A stretch of 63,346 bases of DNA, the filler included, from Licmophora abbreviata (Eukaryota): assembly GCA_900291995.1 (NCBI GenBank). It is 28 parts of 28 records of this genome, joined end to end, with 100 filler letters (N's around TTAATTAATTAA, not from the genome) between each part and the next. Parts side by side here need not be neighbours in the genome. Positions count along the whole stretch, not along the records: positions 20,915 to 22,116 come from OLMU01002776.1; positions 22,217 to 23,587 come from OLMU01002777.1; positions 23,688 to 25,432 come from OLMU01002778.1; positions 25,533 to 27,853 come from OLMU01002779.1; positions 27,954 to 29,468 come from OLMU01002780.1; positions 29,569 to 30,632 come from OLMU01002781.1; positions 30,733 to 35,347 come from OLMU01002782.1; 21 more parts are not named here. The stretch is one strand, 5' to 3'. Shown here in pieces: positions 21,702-32,723 of this stretch. The notes below the pieces were generated by a model, which did not search any database, was not told the DNA's origin, and worked only from the letters and a program-made list of their open reading frames with translations. The stretch's first letter is position 1, and each line of letters starts with the position of its first letter. Both the position numbers and the translations under genes were made by a program.

Positions 21702-23391
21702 TCACGTTGCGAACCCGTCGCGCAGCAGCTTCCAGGTGATCGCATCCAGCAGCGCCTCGAAACTGGCATCCACGATATTCGCACTGACCCCCACCGTGGA
21801 CCAGCGACGCCCCTGCCCGTCCTGACTGTCGATGATGACGCGGGTCACGGCCTCGGTCCCGCCTTGGGTGATGCGCACCTTGAAATCCACCAGCCGCATG
21901 TCGTCAATGGCCTCCTGATAGCGCCCCAGATCTTTGGCAAGCGCCTTGGCCAGAGCATTGACAGGGCCGCGATCATTGCCCTGCGCATCCATCGACTCGC
22001 TGACCGACAGCTTCTTTTCGCCATCCACCTTGACCACGACCACGGCCTCGGACAGCGACACCATCTGATCGTACTTGTTCTTGCGCCGTTCCACCGTCAC
22101 CTTGTAGCGCTTGACCNNNNNNNNNNNNNNNNNNNNNNNNNNNNNNNNNNNNNNNNNNNNTTAATTAATTAANNNNNNNNNNNNNNNNNNNNNNNNNNNN
22201 NNNNNNNNNNNNNNNNCACCGGGCCAGCAATTCGAAACTGGCCTGCGCACTGTCATAGGTATAGCCGCGCTCCTCCTGCAGCTTGATCTGCTCGAGGATA
22301 CGCGCCAGCGCCGGATCGCCCTTGTTGACGACAAGCCCCGCCTCCGACAGCCGCCGCCGCAGGTTCGATTGCCCCGCCTGGTTCGACATCGGAATGACCC
22401 GGGCATTGCCCACATCACCGGGATCGACATGCTCATAGGTGGTCGGATCCTTGAGGATGGCGCTCGCATGCAGCCCCGCCTTATGCGCAAAGGCCGAGGC
22501 GCCCACATAGGCGGCCTGCTTCATCGGCACCCGGTTGAGGATCTCGTCCAGCATCCGGCTGGCCTGCGTGATGCCGGTCAGCGCCTCGCGGCTGATCCCT
22601 GTCTCATAGCGGCTGGCATAGGGCTCCTTCAGCAAAAGCGTCGGAATCAGCGCCGTCAGATTGGCATTGCCGCAGCGCTCGCCCAAACCATTCAACGTCC
22701 CCTGCACCTGCCGCGCCCCCGCCTCGATCGCCGCAAGGCTGCCCGCCACGGCGTTTTCCGTATCGTTATGGGTATGGATGCCAAGCCGGTCGCCGGGAAT
22801 GCCCGCCGCGATCACCTCGGCGGTGATGCGGCCGATCTCGGCAGGCAGCGTGCCACCATTCGTGTCGCACAGCACGATCCATCGCGCCCCCGCCTCATGC
22901 GCCGCCTTCAGCGCCTCAAGCGCATAATCCCGGTTGGCTGTCCAGCCGTCGAAGAAATGCTCCGCATCGAACAGTGCCTCGCGCCCCTCGGCCACCACAT
23001 GCGCAATCGAGGCACCGATATTGTCGGTATTTTCGCTGAGCGAAATACCAAGCGCGGTCGTCACGTGAAAATCATGCGTCTTGCCCACCAGACAGACAGC
23101 ACCGGTCCCGGCATTGAGCACCGCCGCCAGCACCTCGTCATTCCCAGCCGAGCGCCCGGCCCGCTTGGTCATCCCGAACGCCGTCATCATGGCGCGGGTC
23201 TGCGGCGCCTCGTCGAAAAAGGCGCTGTCGGTGGGATTGGCCCCCGGCCAGCCGCCCTCGATGTAATCCACGCCAAGCGCATCCAGCCGCCGTGCGATCT
23301 GCACCTTTTCATGCATCGAGAAGGATACGCCCTGCGTCTGCTGCCCGTCGCGCAGCGTGGTGTCATAAATATAAAGACGCTCCCGGCTCAT
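21702..23391 (-). CDS. cimA: Citramalate synthase (gap inside)
   Basis: DTTLRDGQQ, EGGWPGANP, FDAEHFFDG, HTHND, GERCGNANL, FAHKAGLH; C-terminal regulatory domain GPVNAL...WSTVGVSANI. Confidence 0.9.
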
Positions 23392-23407
23392 GCCACGGCT
23401 CCCGTTT

Positions 23408-23458
23408 TCTTCTGGCCGAAAATATCCCGGGGAGTGTGAGGGGCTAGCCCCTCACTCC
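23408..23458. repeat. Small palindromic intergenic repeat, family A, copy 2 (between cysS and cimA)
   Basis: TCTTCTGGCCGAAAATATCCCGGGG then GTGAGGGGC-TA-GCCCCTCAC. Confidence 0.75.
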
Positions 23459-23491
23459 GCCTTTCGCCCCGGGTGCGCGCCTTGGCCCACA

Positions 23492-24948
23492 TCAGTCCAG
23501 CCCCTCGAGCCGGGCCGCATCGAACCCGGCACCGGGCACCAGCTCCACACCGTCCTTGCTCATCCGCACCTCGACCCCCGCCGCGACNNNNNNNNNNNNN
23601 NNNNNNNNNNNNNNNNNNNNNNNNNNNNNNNTTAATTAATTAANNNNNNNNNNNNNNNNNNNNNNNNNNNNNNNNNNNNNNNNNNNNAATCCTTGCTCTG
23701 CATGGCCGCTACCCGGGCTTGCACCAGTCGGGTTTCCAGCGCCGACAGATCCGCTACCGGGCGCGCCGCCCAGTCCGGAACACCGTCGGCCATCAAGCCC
23801 AGAAACCGCAGCGTTGCGCGCAAGGTGGACCGATCATCCGCCTGTGACAACCGATGCAGTTCGGTGATGGCCTTGGGCGTATTCAGATCATCGCTGACCG
23901 CCTCGACCACAGCCTCACACGGTGCTGCGCCGCCGTCGCCCTGCTCGGCCTGCCGGTACCATTTGCGCAACGTGGCTTGCGCCTCGCGGGCCTTTTCGGC
24001 GGTCCAGTCCATCGGCTTGCGGTAATGCGTGCTCAGAAAGACGAAGCGGATCACCTCGCCCGGCACGCCCTCCTCCAGCAGGTCATGCACGGTGAAGAAA
24101 TTGCCGAGGCTCTTGGACATCTTCTTGCCCTCGACCTGCAGCATCTCGTTATGCATCCAGATCCGTGCAAAGCCGCTTCCCGGATGGGCACAGCAGCTTT
24201 GCGCGATTTCATTCTCGTGATGCGGAAACATCAGATCATTGCCGCCACCATGGATGTCAAAGCTTTCGCCAAGCAACTCGTGGCTCATCGCCGAACACTC
24301 GATATGCCAACCCGGACGCCCCCGCCCCCAGGGACTGTCCCAACCGGGCAGATCCGCACTCGACGGCTTCCACAATACGAAATCCATCGGGTTGCGCTTA
24401 TACGGCGCCACCTCCACGCGGGACCCTGCGATCATGTCGTCCACGGACCGGCCGGACAAGCGGCCATAGTCGGAATAGCTGTCGACGGCGAAAAGCACAT
24501 GCCCTTCGGCCTCATAAGCATGGCCCTTGGCGATCAGATCCTCGATCATCGCGATCATCTGCGGGATATATTGCGTGGCCCGCGGCATCGCATCCGGCTC
24601 GAGCGCGCCAAGCGCGCCCATGTCGTCCAGAAACCACTGAGTGGTCTGCGCGGTGATCCGGGCGATCTCGGCATTCACATCACCGCCCTTGCCCACGGTC
24701 TCGATGGCGCGCGCGTTGATCTTGTCATCCACATCGGTGAAGTTGCGCACATAAGTCACGTGATCCGGGCCATACACATGGCGCAGCAACCGGTAGAGCA
24801 CGTCGAACACGATCACGGGCCGCGCATTGCCCAGATGGGCGCGGTCATAGACCGTGGGACCGCAGACATACATCCGCACGTTGTCGGGGTTCAAAGGCTC
24901 CAGCACCTGCTTGGCGCGGGCCTTGGTGTTATAGAGTCTGATCGTCAT
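23492..24948 (-). CDS. cysS: Cysteine--tRNA ligase (gap near C-terminus)
   Basis: [13 protein letters not shown] (HIGH), [18 protein letters not shown]-terminus [10 protein letters not shown]...LEGLD* at 23492-23587. Confidence 0.97.
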
Positions 24949-25032
24949 CGTGAATTCCTCGCGCGCGCTCCCGCGGCGGGCTTATCAACTTAACGTCCTG
25001 TAGGGAATAGATGACGGCCCGCCCGAGATATC

Positions 25033-25074
25033 TCAGGTGGTAATGCAGCAGATGATGGTGCAACGGATCGTCAT
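25033..25074 (-). CDS. Putative leader peptide MTIRCTIICCITT of the cysS-cimA operon
   Basis: 13 codons, of which 4 Thr, 4 Ile and 3 Cys; ends 84 nt upstream of the cysS ATG and is followed by an anti-SD/anti-AUG sequence. Confidence 0.7.
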   Translation of the reverse strand: MTIRCTIICCITT

Positions 25075-25082
25075 GGGGCTGG

Positions 25083-25111
25083 AAGCTACGCGCCCTCGCG
25101 CGGATTGGCAA
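25083..25111 (-). promoter_or_regulatory. Sigma70-type promoter for the cysS leader
   Basis: TTGCCA-N17-TAGCTT on the minus strand; the -10 element ends 8 nt before the leader ATG, suggesting a leaderless start. Confidence 0.55.
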
Positions 25112-25211
25112 GAGGCCGTAGGCGGGGGGGTGATCTGCTTGACAGCCCGGTCTCCCATGGGCCAACTGCGCGGGCAATCACCTCAGTTCCAAAATCTCGG
25201 GAGGGCGCCGC

Positions 25212-25432
25212 ATGAAGCTCGCGCGCAGGATCACCGGTTTGACCGGCGGCGGATCGGACGGATGGGATGTCTATTACCGCGCCAAGGACATGCTGGCGGC
25301 AGGTCATGACATCACCCAACTGACCATCGGCGAGCATGATATCGGCACCGACCGCGCGATCCTTGATGCGATGCACGACGCCACGCTGGCGGGCCATACC
25401 GGCTATTCGATGTTCAACGGCAATCTCAACCT
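25212..25432 (+). CDS. PLP-dependent aminotransferase class I/II, 5' fragment
   Basis: MKLARRI...DGWDVYYRA...ITQLTIGEHD...GHTGY, a typical class I N-terminus. Confidence 0.75.
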
Positions 25433-25532
25433 NNNNNNNNNNNNNNNNNNNNNNNNNNNNNNNNNNNNNNNNNNNNTTAATTAATTAANNNNNNNNNNNN
25501 NNNNNNNNNNNNNNNNNNNNNNNNNNNNNNNN

Positions 25533-27027
25533 CCGCGCCAGCCGCTCCGCCCCGCTTGGCGACCATCTCCGCCCGATCCGCCCCGGTCTCGAAGGTGGGC
25601 TTTACAAACCCCTCAGCCCCGAGGCGATGGACCGCATCCATCACGCAGCGCTCGATGCGCTCGAACAGATCGGCCTTGCCGACGCGCCCCCCAGTGGCAT
25701 CGCCTGGATGACCGGCGCCGGCGCCGTACTGGGCGAGGATGGCAGGCTGCGCTTTCCCCGTGCCTTGGTCGAGGATACGCTGGCCCGCGCCAATCGCGAC
25801 ATCACCCTTTACGGCCGTGAGCCCCGCCATGACATGCAGCTTTCGGGCAACCGCGTGCATTACGGCACCGCAGGCGCCGCCGTGCATCTTGTCGATCCCG
25901 AAGCGCGCCATTACCGCGACAGCACCGTGCAGGATCTGCACGACGCCGCCCGGATCGCCGACCAGATGGTCAATATCCATTTCGTCCAGCGCCCGATGGT
26001 GGCCCGCGATGTCATCGACAATCGCGAAATGGACCTCAACACGATCTATGCCTGCTGCGCGGGCACCACGAAACACGTGGGAACCTCCTTCACCGACCCG
26101 GCTTTCGTGGCCGATGCCTTCGAGATGCTGCATCTCATCGCAGGCGGCGAAAAGGCGTGGCGCGAGCGGCCGTTCGTGAGCAATTCCAATTGCTTCGTTG
26201 TCCCGCCCATGAAATTCGCCACGGAATCCTGTCAGGTGATGGAAGCCTGCATCGCAGGCGGCATGCCGATCCTGCTGCTTTCGGCGGGGCAAGCCGGCGC
26301 CACGGCGCCCGCCTCCATCGCCGGCGCCATAGTGCAGGCTGTGGCGGAATGCCTGGCGGGCCTCGTCTATGTGAACGCCGTCAAGCCGGGACATCCCGCG
26401 ATCTTCGGCACATGGCCTTTCGTGTCTGACCTGCGCACCGGTGCGATGTCCGGCGGATCGGGCGAACAGGCGCTGCTCAGCGCAGGCTGTGCGCAGATGC
26501 ATGGCTATTACGGGCTGCCGGGGGGCGCGGCAGCAGGCATCGCCGATGCCAAACTGCCCGACATGCAGGCCGGCTGGGAGCAGATGTGCTCGAACGTGAT
26601 GGCCGGATTGTCCGGCCTCAACATGGTCTACGAGGCGGCAGGCATGCACGCCTCGCTTCTGGGGTTCTGCCACGAGTCGCTGATCCTCGGGAATGACATG
26701 ATCGGACAGGCCCTGCGCTGCGTGCGCGGCATCGAGGTGGACGAGGACAGCCTCAGCCTCGAGGTGATCCGCGCCACCTGCATCGGCGGCCCGGGGCATT
26801 ACCTCGGCAGCGACCAGACGCTGATGCTGATGCAGCGCGACTATGTCTATCCGGACCTGGCGGATCGCAGCTCTCCCAAGGAATGGGTCGAGATGGGCCA
26901 GCCGGACCTTCTGGAAAAGGCGACGGCGCGCAAGAATGCGATTCTCGCGGACAGGGCCGCCGCCCGCTTCGATCCGATCCGCGATGCCGAAATCCGCAAA
27001 CGGTTTGCCATCCACCTGCCGGTCTGA
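25533..27027 (+). CDS. Trimethylamine methyltransferase (MttB) family protein, non-pyrrolysine type, 5' end in gap
   Basis: AGATAPASIAGAIVQAVAECLAG, DLRTGAMSGGSGE, DAKLPDMQAGWE, GPGHYLG; no in-frame amber codon. Confidence 0.9.
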
Positions 27028-27084
27028 CCAAGGCAGGCCCGGTCACGACAGGCAGCCCCTGAAAACAGGACGACGCCTTGCGTT

Positions 27085-27144
27085 TCTTCTGGCATCAAGT
27101 ATCCCGGGGTGAATTGGCCGCAGGCCAAGAGGGGCAGAGCCCCT
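27085..27144. repeat. Small palindromic intergenic repeat, family A, copy 3
   Basis: TCTTCTGGCATCAAGTATCCCGGGG, TTGGCC-GCA-GGCCAA, AGGGGC-AGA-GCCCCT. Confidence 0.72.
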
Positions 27145-27163
27145 GACCGGCAACGGAGGCCGC

Positions 27164-27763
27164 ATGTGCAAGGTCGTGATCCTGATCCCAGCCGCCGGCG
27201 CCTCGTCGCGGATGCGCGGGCTGGACAAGCTCCTGGAACCGGTCGACGGTCTGCCGCTGCTGGCACGGCAAGCCGCCATGGCCCTGCAGACCGATTGCAC
27301 AGTTCTGGTGACCGTCCCCGCCGATGGCTCCCAAAGGCAGGCCGTGCTCAAGCCCGCACCCGGCCTCGACATGGCCCTTCTGGAGGATCCGAGCGAAGGC
27401 CTCGCGGCCTCGATCCGCGCAGGTGCCGAATGGGCCAAAACTCAGCATGCCGACGGGCTTATGGTCGTCCTCGCCGATATGCCCGATCTTCAGAGCCCTG
27501 ATCTGACCCTCATGATCCGCACCTTCCAGGATGCTCCCGAAAAGGTTCTTCGCGCTACCGACATCACGGGACGTGCGGGCCATCCGGTGATCTTTCCGGC
27601 CCGGTTGTTCTCCGCCTTGACCGAAATCCAAGGCGATACCGGCGCGCGCGACATTCTGCGGCACGAGGACGTGAGCACCCTGCCCTTGCCCGGATATCGC
27701 GCCACGACCGATCTCGACACGCCCGAGGACTGGGCCGCATGGCGCCAGCGCCGGATGCCCTGA
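27164..27763 (+). CDS. MocA/MobA-like nucleotidyltransferase
   Basis: ILIPAAGASSRMRGLDKLL, LADMP, GHPVIF, GDTGAR, DLDTPED. Confidence 0.88.
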   Translation: MCKVVILIPAAGASSRMRGLDKLLEPVDGLPLLARQAAMALQTDCTVLVTVPADGSQRQAVLKPAPGLDMALLEDPSEGLAASIRAGAEWAKTQHADGLMVVLADMPDLQSPDLTLMIRTFQDAPEKVLRATDITGRAGHPVIFPARLFSALTEIQGDTGARDILRHEDVSTLPLPGYRATTDLDTPEDWAAWRQRRMP

Positions 27764-27784
27764 CGCTCAACGCAAGGCCACCCC

Positions 27785-29222
27785 TCAGCGGCCGATCACG
27801 ATATCCGCGCGCAGCCCACCCAAGCGCTGGCTTTCTCCAAGCCTGACCGTACCNNNNNNNNNNNNNNNNNNNNNNNNNNNNNNNNNNNNNNNNNNNNTTA
27901 ATTAATTAANNNNNNNNNNNNNNNNNNNNNNNNNNNNNNNNNNNNNNNNNNNNCTGGCTTTCTCCAAGCCTGACCGTACCGCCATGCGCCCGCGCGATAT
28001 CCATCGCGATCGACAGGCCAAGCCCCACACCGGTCCCGAGATTCTGGTTCCGGGCAGGCTCGAGCCGGGCAAAGGGCTTCATCGCCTCCGCACGGCTTTC
28101 AGGCGGGATGCCGGGGCCATCATCCTCAATCCGGATGCGCAGAGACCGATCGGTCAGCAGCACCGACAGTTCGGCCTTGCTGCCATAGCGCACCGCGTTG
28201 TTGATGAGGTTTTCGATCGCACGCCGTATTGCGCCCGCCCTGAGCGCCACCTCGCCGGTGCCATCGCCCTTCACCTCGACCAGCGTGGCTGGAATATTGG
28301 CGCGCGCGCAATCCTCGACGATCCGGCGCACCAGCGCCACCGGATCGACCGGTTCGGGCTGCCCCTCCTGCGCACCCCGGGCAAAGGCCAGGAACTCGTC
28401 CAGCAGACGTTCCATGTCGGCCACATCCTGCTGCATGGGGATCCGGTCTTCATCCTCCAGCATGGACAGCCCCAGCTTGAGCCGCGTCAGCGGCGTGCGC
28501 ATGTCGTGGCTGACCCCCGACAGCATCAGCGTGCGTTGTTCGATCTGCCGCTCGATCCGGGCGCGCATGTCCAGAAAGGCGTGCCCCGCCGCGCGCACCT
28601 CGACAGCACCTGCCGGGCGGTAAGGCTCGTGGCGGCCCCGCCCGAAGGCCTCGGCGGCGCGAGCCAGCCGGGTGATCGGGCGCAATTGATTGCGCAGGTA
28701 AAGATAGGCGATCACCGTCATCAGAACGCCAAAGAACACCATGTTGACAAACAGCTGATGCGCATTCGAGGCCGAGACCCGGCGCCGGTCGAATTGCAAC
28801 CGCCAGATGCCGTCATGTTGCTCCATGTAAAGGATCACGGTGTGATCGTCGGGCAGTTCGATCACCCGCAACGCCGGCAAAAGCGCTTCCAGCTCGCGGA
28901 TCACGATGATGCCGGTGAAATCGAACCAGCGGCGCAGGTTGGCGCGGGGCAGCTCATCCGTGGGCACGGGCTGAACCGCGATCTGCAGCGACCGGGCCAG
29001 TCGGGACGCCCCCGCCTCGCGCGCACTTTCGCCACTGTCGAGCAGCGCCCGCACCTCGCGGCTGGCGGTGCGGGTCATCTGCTCGGTCACCCCCTCGAAA
29101 TGGCGCTGGATGAACACGACGGCCACCACCAGAAACAGGCTGACGACCGGCAAAAGCAGGATCAGGGCAGCCCTGCCATAAAGACTGCGTGGCGTATATG
29201 ATTTGAGCCAGTCGAAGGTCAT
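27785..29222 (-). CDS. EnvZ-like HAMP sensor histidine kinase (contigs overlap across the spacer)
   Basis: Two TM helices, HAMP, SHDMRTPL H-box, NLINNAVRYG, DDGPGI, GVGLGLSI; ends GGLRADIVIGR* at 27785. Confidence 0.93.
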
Positions 29223-29261
29223 GCGCTAAACTAGACCCAGCCCGCCGCAGAAGGAAGACCC

Positions 29262-30251
29262 ATGACGCCCCAGACCGAGTTCAATCCGCCCGTGGGCCAG
29301 CCCGAGGATCTGGGCCGCGGCATCCGGCGCATTCTGGCGCCCAATCCCTCGGCGATGACGTTTCGCGGGACGAACACCTATCTGCTGGGCAAAACCGATT
29401 TGGCGGTCATCGATCCCGGCCCCGACGATGCGGCGCATCTGGAGGCCATTCTCCGGGCGGTCGGCCCCNNNNNNNNNNNNNNNNNNNNNNNNNNNNNNNN
29501 NNNNNNNNNNNNTTAATTAATTAANNNNNNNNNNNNNNNNNNNNNNNNNNNNNNNNNNNNNNNNNNNNTCGTGACCCATGCGCATCTGGATCACGCACCG
29601 CTGGCGCGGGCGTTGGCGCATCGGACAGGCGCACCGGTGCTGGCCTATGGCACTGCCCGCGCCGGGCGCAGCGCGGCGATGCAGCAGCTCGCGGCGGCAG
29701 GTCTCGGAGATCATGGCGAGGGCGTCGACCTGGCCTTCCAGCCCGATCACCGCCTGCAGGACGGAGAGACCGTGCATGCCCAAGGCTGGAGCCTGACCGC
29801 CCACTGGACGCCGGGACATCTGGGCAATCACATGTGCTTTGCCGCGCGCGGCGCGATCTTCACCGGTGATCTGGTGATGGGCTGGGCCAGTTCCCTGGTT
29901 TCACCCCCGGACGGTGACCTGAGCGATTTCATGGCCTCCTGCGCCAAGCTGCGCGCGCTGCCTGCCGACGTGTATCATTCCGGACATGGCGCCCCGATCA
30001 AGGCACCTCTGGCGCGGCTCGACTGGCTGATCGCACACCGCCGCTCGCGCGAGGCGGCGATCCTCGAGAATCTGGCGCGCGGCCCCGCCGATGCCGAAAC
30101 GCTGGCGCGGCAGATCTACACCGACACACCGCCTGCTCTCCTGCCCGCCGCAACACGTAACGTTCTGGCACATCTCATTGATCTGCACGGAAAAAGCATG
30201 GCTTTGCCGCTTGATGACCTCTCCCCTCAGGCGCGCTTCCGGCTGCTCTGA
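29262..30251 (+). CDS. MBL-fold metallo-hydrolase (LACTB2-like), gap inside
   Basis: APNPSAMTFRGTNTY, IDPGP, THAHLDH, TPGH, GHG, C-terminal winged-helix segment. Confidence 0.9.
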
Positions 30252-30293
30252 CGGGCCGCAGCACAATGTCGGAATTTTTTGTGACAATCCTAC

Positions 30294-30322
30294 TGGACGT
30301 CCCCAAAGGCTGTTGCTATACC
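30294..30322 (+). promoter_or_regulatory. Sigma70-type promoter of tRNA-Asn
   Basis: TGGACG-N17-TATACC followed by a GC-rich discriminator, 11 nt before the tRNA. Confidence 0.55.
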
Positions 30323-30333
30323 GCGCCTCGTGT

Positions 30334-30408
30334 TCCGGCGTAGCTCAGCGGTAGAGCAGTTGACTGTTAATCAATTGGTCGTAGGTTCGATCCCTACCGC
30401 CGGAGCCA
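30334..30408 (+). tRNA. tRNA-Asn(GTT)
   Basis: TCCGGCG acceptor stem, TAGCTCAGCGGTAGAGC D arm, TTGAC-TGTTAA-TCAA anticodon arm, GGTTCGATCC T loop, encoded CCA; 75 nt. Confidence 0.97.
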
Positions 30409-30614
30409 AAATCTCTACTTCAGTCTGCATATCCACCGGGAATTCCCGATGGGCGGAGGTTGATTGTGCCCGCTCGCCTTGCCAGCGTGGATCCGTGCTC
30501 GAATTGGTACATGGTTGAACACCCTGATCGCTGCGCCCCTGCCCGCCCAACGGCGACCGTTGACCTGTCTTGAACAGGCCGACACCACGGCGCCTCGTTC
30601 AGGGATTGCGGGGC

Positions 30615-31504
30615 TCAACGCAAGCTGCGCATNNNNNNNNNNNNNNNNNNNNNNNNNNNNNNNNNNNNNNNNNNNNTTAATTAATTAANNNNNNNNNNNN
30701 NNNNNNNNNNNNNNNNNNNNNNNNNNNNNNNNAGCTGCGCATCGGAGTGTATTGCCGAAACGTGATCCCCAAAAAGATCCCGCCGGTCGCAAGGATCCAG
30801 GCCAGTGCGGGCCAATTGACATGTCCGGCAAAGGCGAAGCGGATCAGTTCCACGGCATGCGTGAAAGGGTTCAGTTCACACAGGGCAAGCAGCAGCGCCG
30901 AACTTTCCCCCATTTGCGCCAGAGGATACAACGCCGACGACAGGAAGAATGTCGGGAAAATCACGAAATTCATCACACCGGCGAAATTCTCAAGTTGGTG
31001 GATGCTGGACGACATGGCCAGTCCGAATGCACCCAGCATCAGGCCCGCCAGAAACACCGCCGGTAGAGCGCTGACATATCCAGCCAACGGAATGTGGATC
31101 CCGAAAACCATGGCAACAAGCAGGAAGGCATAGACCTGCAACAGCGAAATTGCAGTGCTGGACAGCAGCCTACACACCAGCAGCCACCACCGCGGCAATG
31201 GGCTGGTGAGCAATATCCGCATCGATCCCATTTCGCGATCATAGACAAGGCTCAGGGCGCTCTGCATCCCATTGAACAGCAGGATCATCCCGCACAGGCC
31301 GGGCAGAATATATATCTCGTAGCTGATCGGCGTAACATGCGGCGGCGGCGTCAAAGGCCCGAACGCTCCGCGAAACCCGGCGGCAAAAACGACAAGCCAG
31401 ATCAGGGGGCGCACCAAGGCCGCCACAAACCGGCTTCGCTGGTGAACAAAGCGCAGAACATCGCGTATCACGATGGCACGCAAGGCCAGCAACGACGCCG
31501 TCAT
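30615..31504 (-). CDS. ABC-2 type permease, PedC-like (PQQ-dependent dehydrogenase-associated)
   Basis: RFVAALVRPLIWL, SLVYDREMGSMRILLTSPL, QLENFAGVMNFVIFP; contigs share AGCTGCGCAT across the spacer, giving the end YTPMRSLR*. Confidence 0.85.
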
Positions 31505-32220
31505 GTGCCATGCTCCGTAAGGTCGAGAAAGGCCTCCTGCAGGGGCTTGTCCCGGGTCAGTTCATGACACGGGCAGTTCCTGAGAACCTGCCCCTTGTGC
31601 AGGATCACCACCTGATCGTCGGCCGATATTTCATCGGTCAGATGGGTCGCCCAGAGAACGGTCATGCCATGGGTTTTACACAGATCATGAGCATGTTCCG
31701 TGATCGCCCGACGCGCGGCAGCATCAAGGCCGACAGAGGGTTCGTCCAGCAGCAGCACCTTCGGGGAATGCACCAAAGCTCGCGCGATCTCCAACCGCCG
31801 GCGATGACCGCCATTGAGGTTGCGTACCTGCTCATGGATGCGCTCTGCCATATCAAGTCTTTCCAGGGCCGATTTGATCGATGCGTCAGCGGCCTGACCT
31901 GAAAGACCATGCAACCCGGCAAAATAGCTGAGGTTGCGCCAAACCGTCAGGTCGAGATCGAGACTTGGTTGTTGAAAGACTATTCCTATTTTGCCAAGCG
32001 CTTTTTCGGGATGAGACCCAAGATCATGTCCAGCAATCTCGATCGTGCCGGTCCGACTTGTCATCAGGCGCGTGAGCAGAGCGAACAATGTGGACTTGCC
32101 CGCACCATTGGGGCCGATAAGCGCGCAGAAAACCCCCTGCTCGACATTGAAGCTGATGTCGTTCAGAGCACGCTTCGCGCCATATGCATAACTTAGATTT
32201 CGGACGGAAAGCCCTGTCAC
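31501..32220 (-). CDS. ABC transporter ATP-binding protein, PedB-like
   Basis: GPNGAGKST, LNGGHRRRLEIARAL, LLLDEP, VLWATHL. Confidence 0.9.
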   Translation of the reverse strand: MTGLSVRNLSYAYGAKRALNDISFNVEQGVFCALIGPNGAGKSTLFALLTRLMTSRTGTIEIAGHDLGSHPEKALGKIGIVFQQPSLDLDLTVWRNLSYFAGLHGLSGQAADASIKSALERLDMAERIHEQVRNLNGGHRRRLEIARALVHSPKVLLLDEPSVGLDAAARRAITEHAHDLCKTHGMTVLWATHLTDEISADDQVVILHKGQVLRNCPCHELTRDKPLQEAFLDLTEHGT

Positions 32221-32590
32221 GGAATACCAATCTCGATCTGATGCAGCCGGCGAATGCCGATCTGCCCGCGACGATATTGATCCGATGCAAAACTGGCAAA
32301 CATATTCAACTTGCCCCCCCGTTCACAGAGAGTGGGGCCTGTCCTCTTACCAATGCGGGAGGTTTTGCGGCGAGGGTCGCGCATCGCATCTTGGCACGCC
32401 AAGGCTCGACACCTGCCGTAACGGAGGCGACCCGGTCATTCACGGTTGCCTGAACGGATGCAGTGTCTGTTGACACAAGCCAAAATAATCCGCCACACTC
32501 TGACATGAGGGGTCTAATCGAAGCGAGACTATCTTGCGACGGCCAAAAGCTACCTCGGAAAACAAAGGACCTTATGGGAGGACACACCGA

Positions 32591-32698
32591 ATGACTTGGA
32601 ATGCACCCAAGCTCAAAGAGATCAACTGCGGCATGGAAATCAACATGTACGCTCCAGCCGAAGATGAACGTCGCGGACACGAGCCCGACCTGTTCTGA
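32591..32698 (+). CDS. pqqA: PQQ precursor peptide
   Basis: MTWNAPKLKEINCGMEINMYAPAEDERRGHEPDLF*, with W-x-x-P and E-x3-Y; GGAGG RBS; directly before pqqB. Below the ORF track cutoff. Confidence 0.95.
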   Translation: MTWNAPKLKEINCGMEINMYAPAEDERRGHEPDLF

Positions 32699-32723
32699 AA
32701 TCTGACGACTCGGGGTGCCCGGG

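Noticed and set aside
25533..27027. Pyrrolysine-containing MttB
   Set aside because: No in-frame TAG in the reading frame and no pyl genes.
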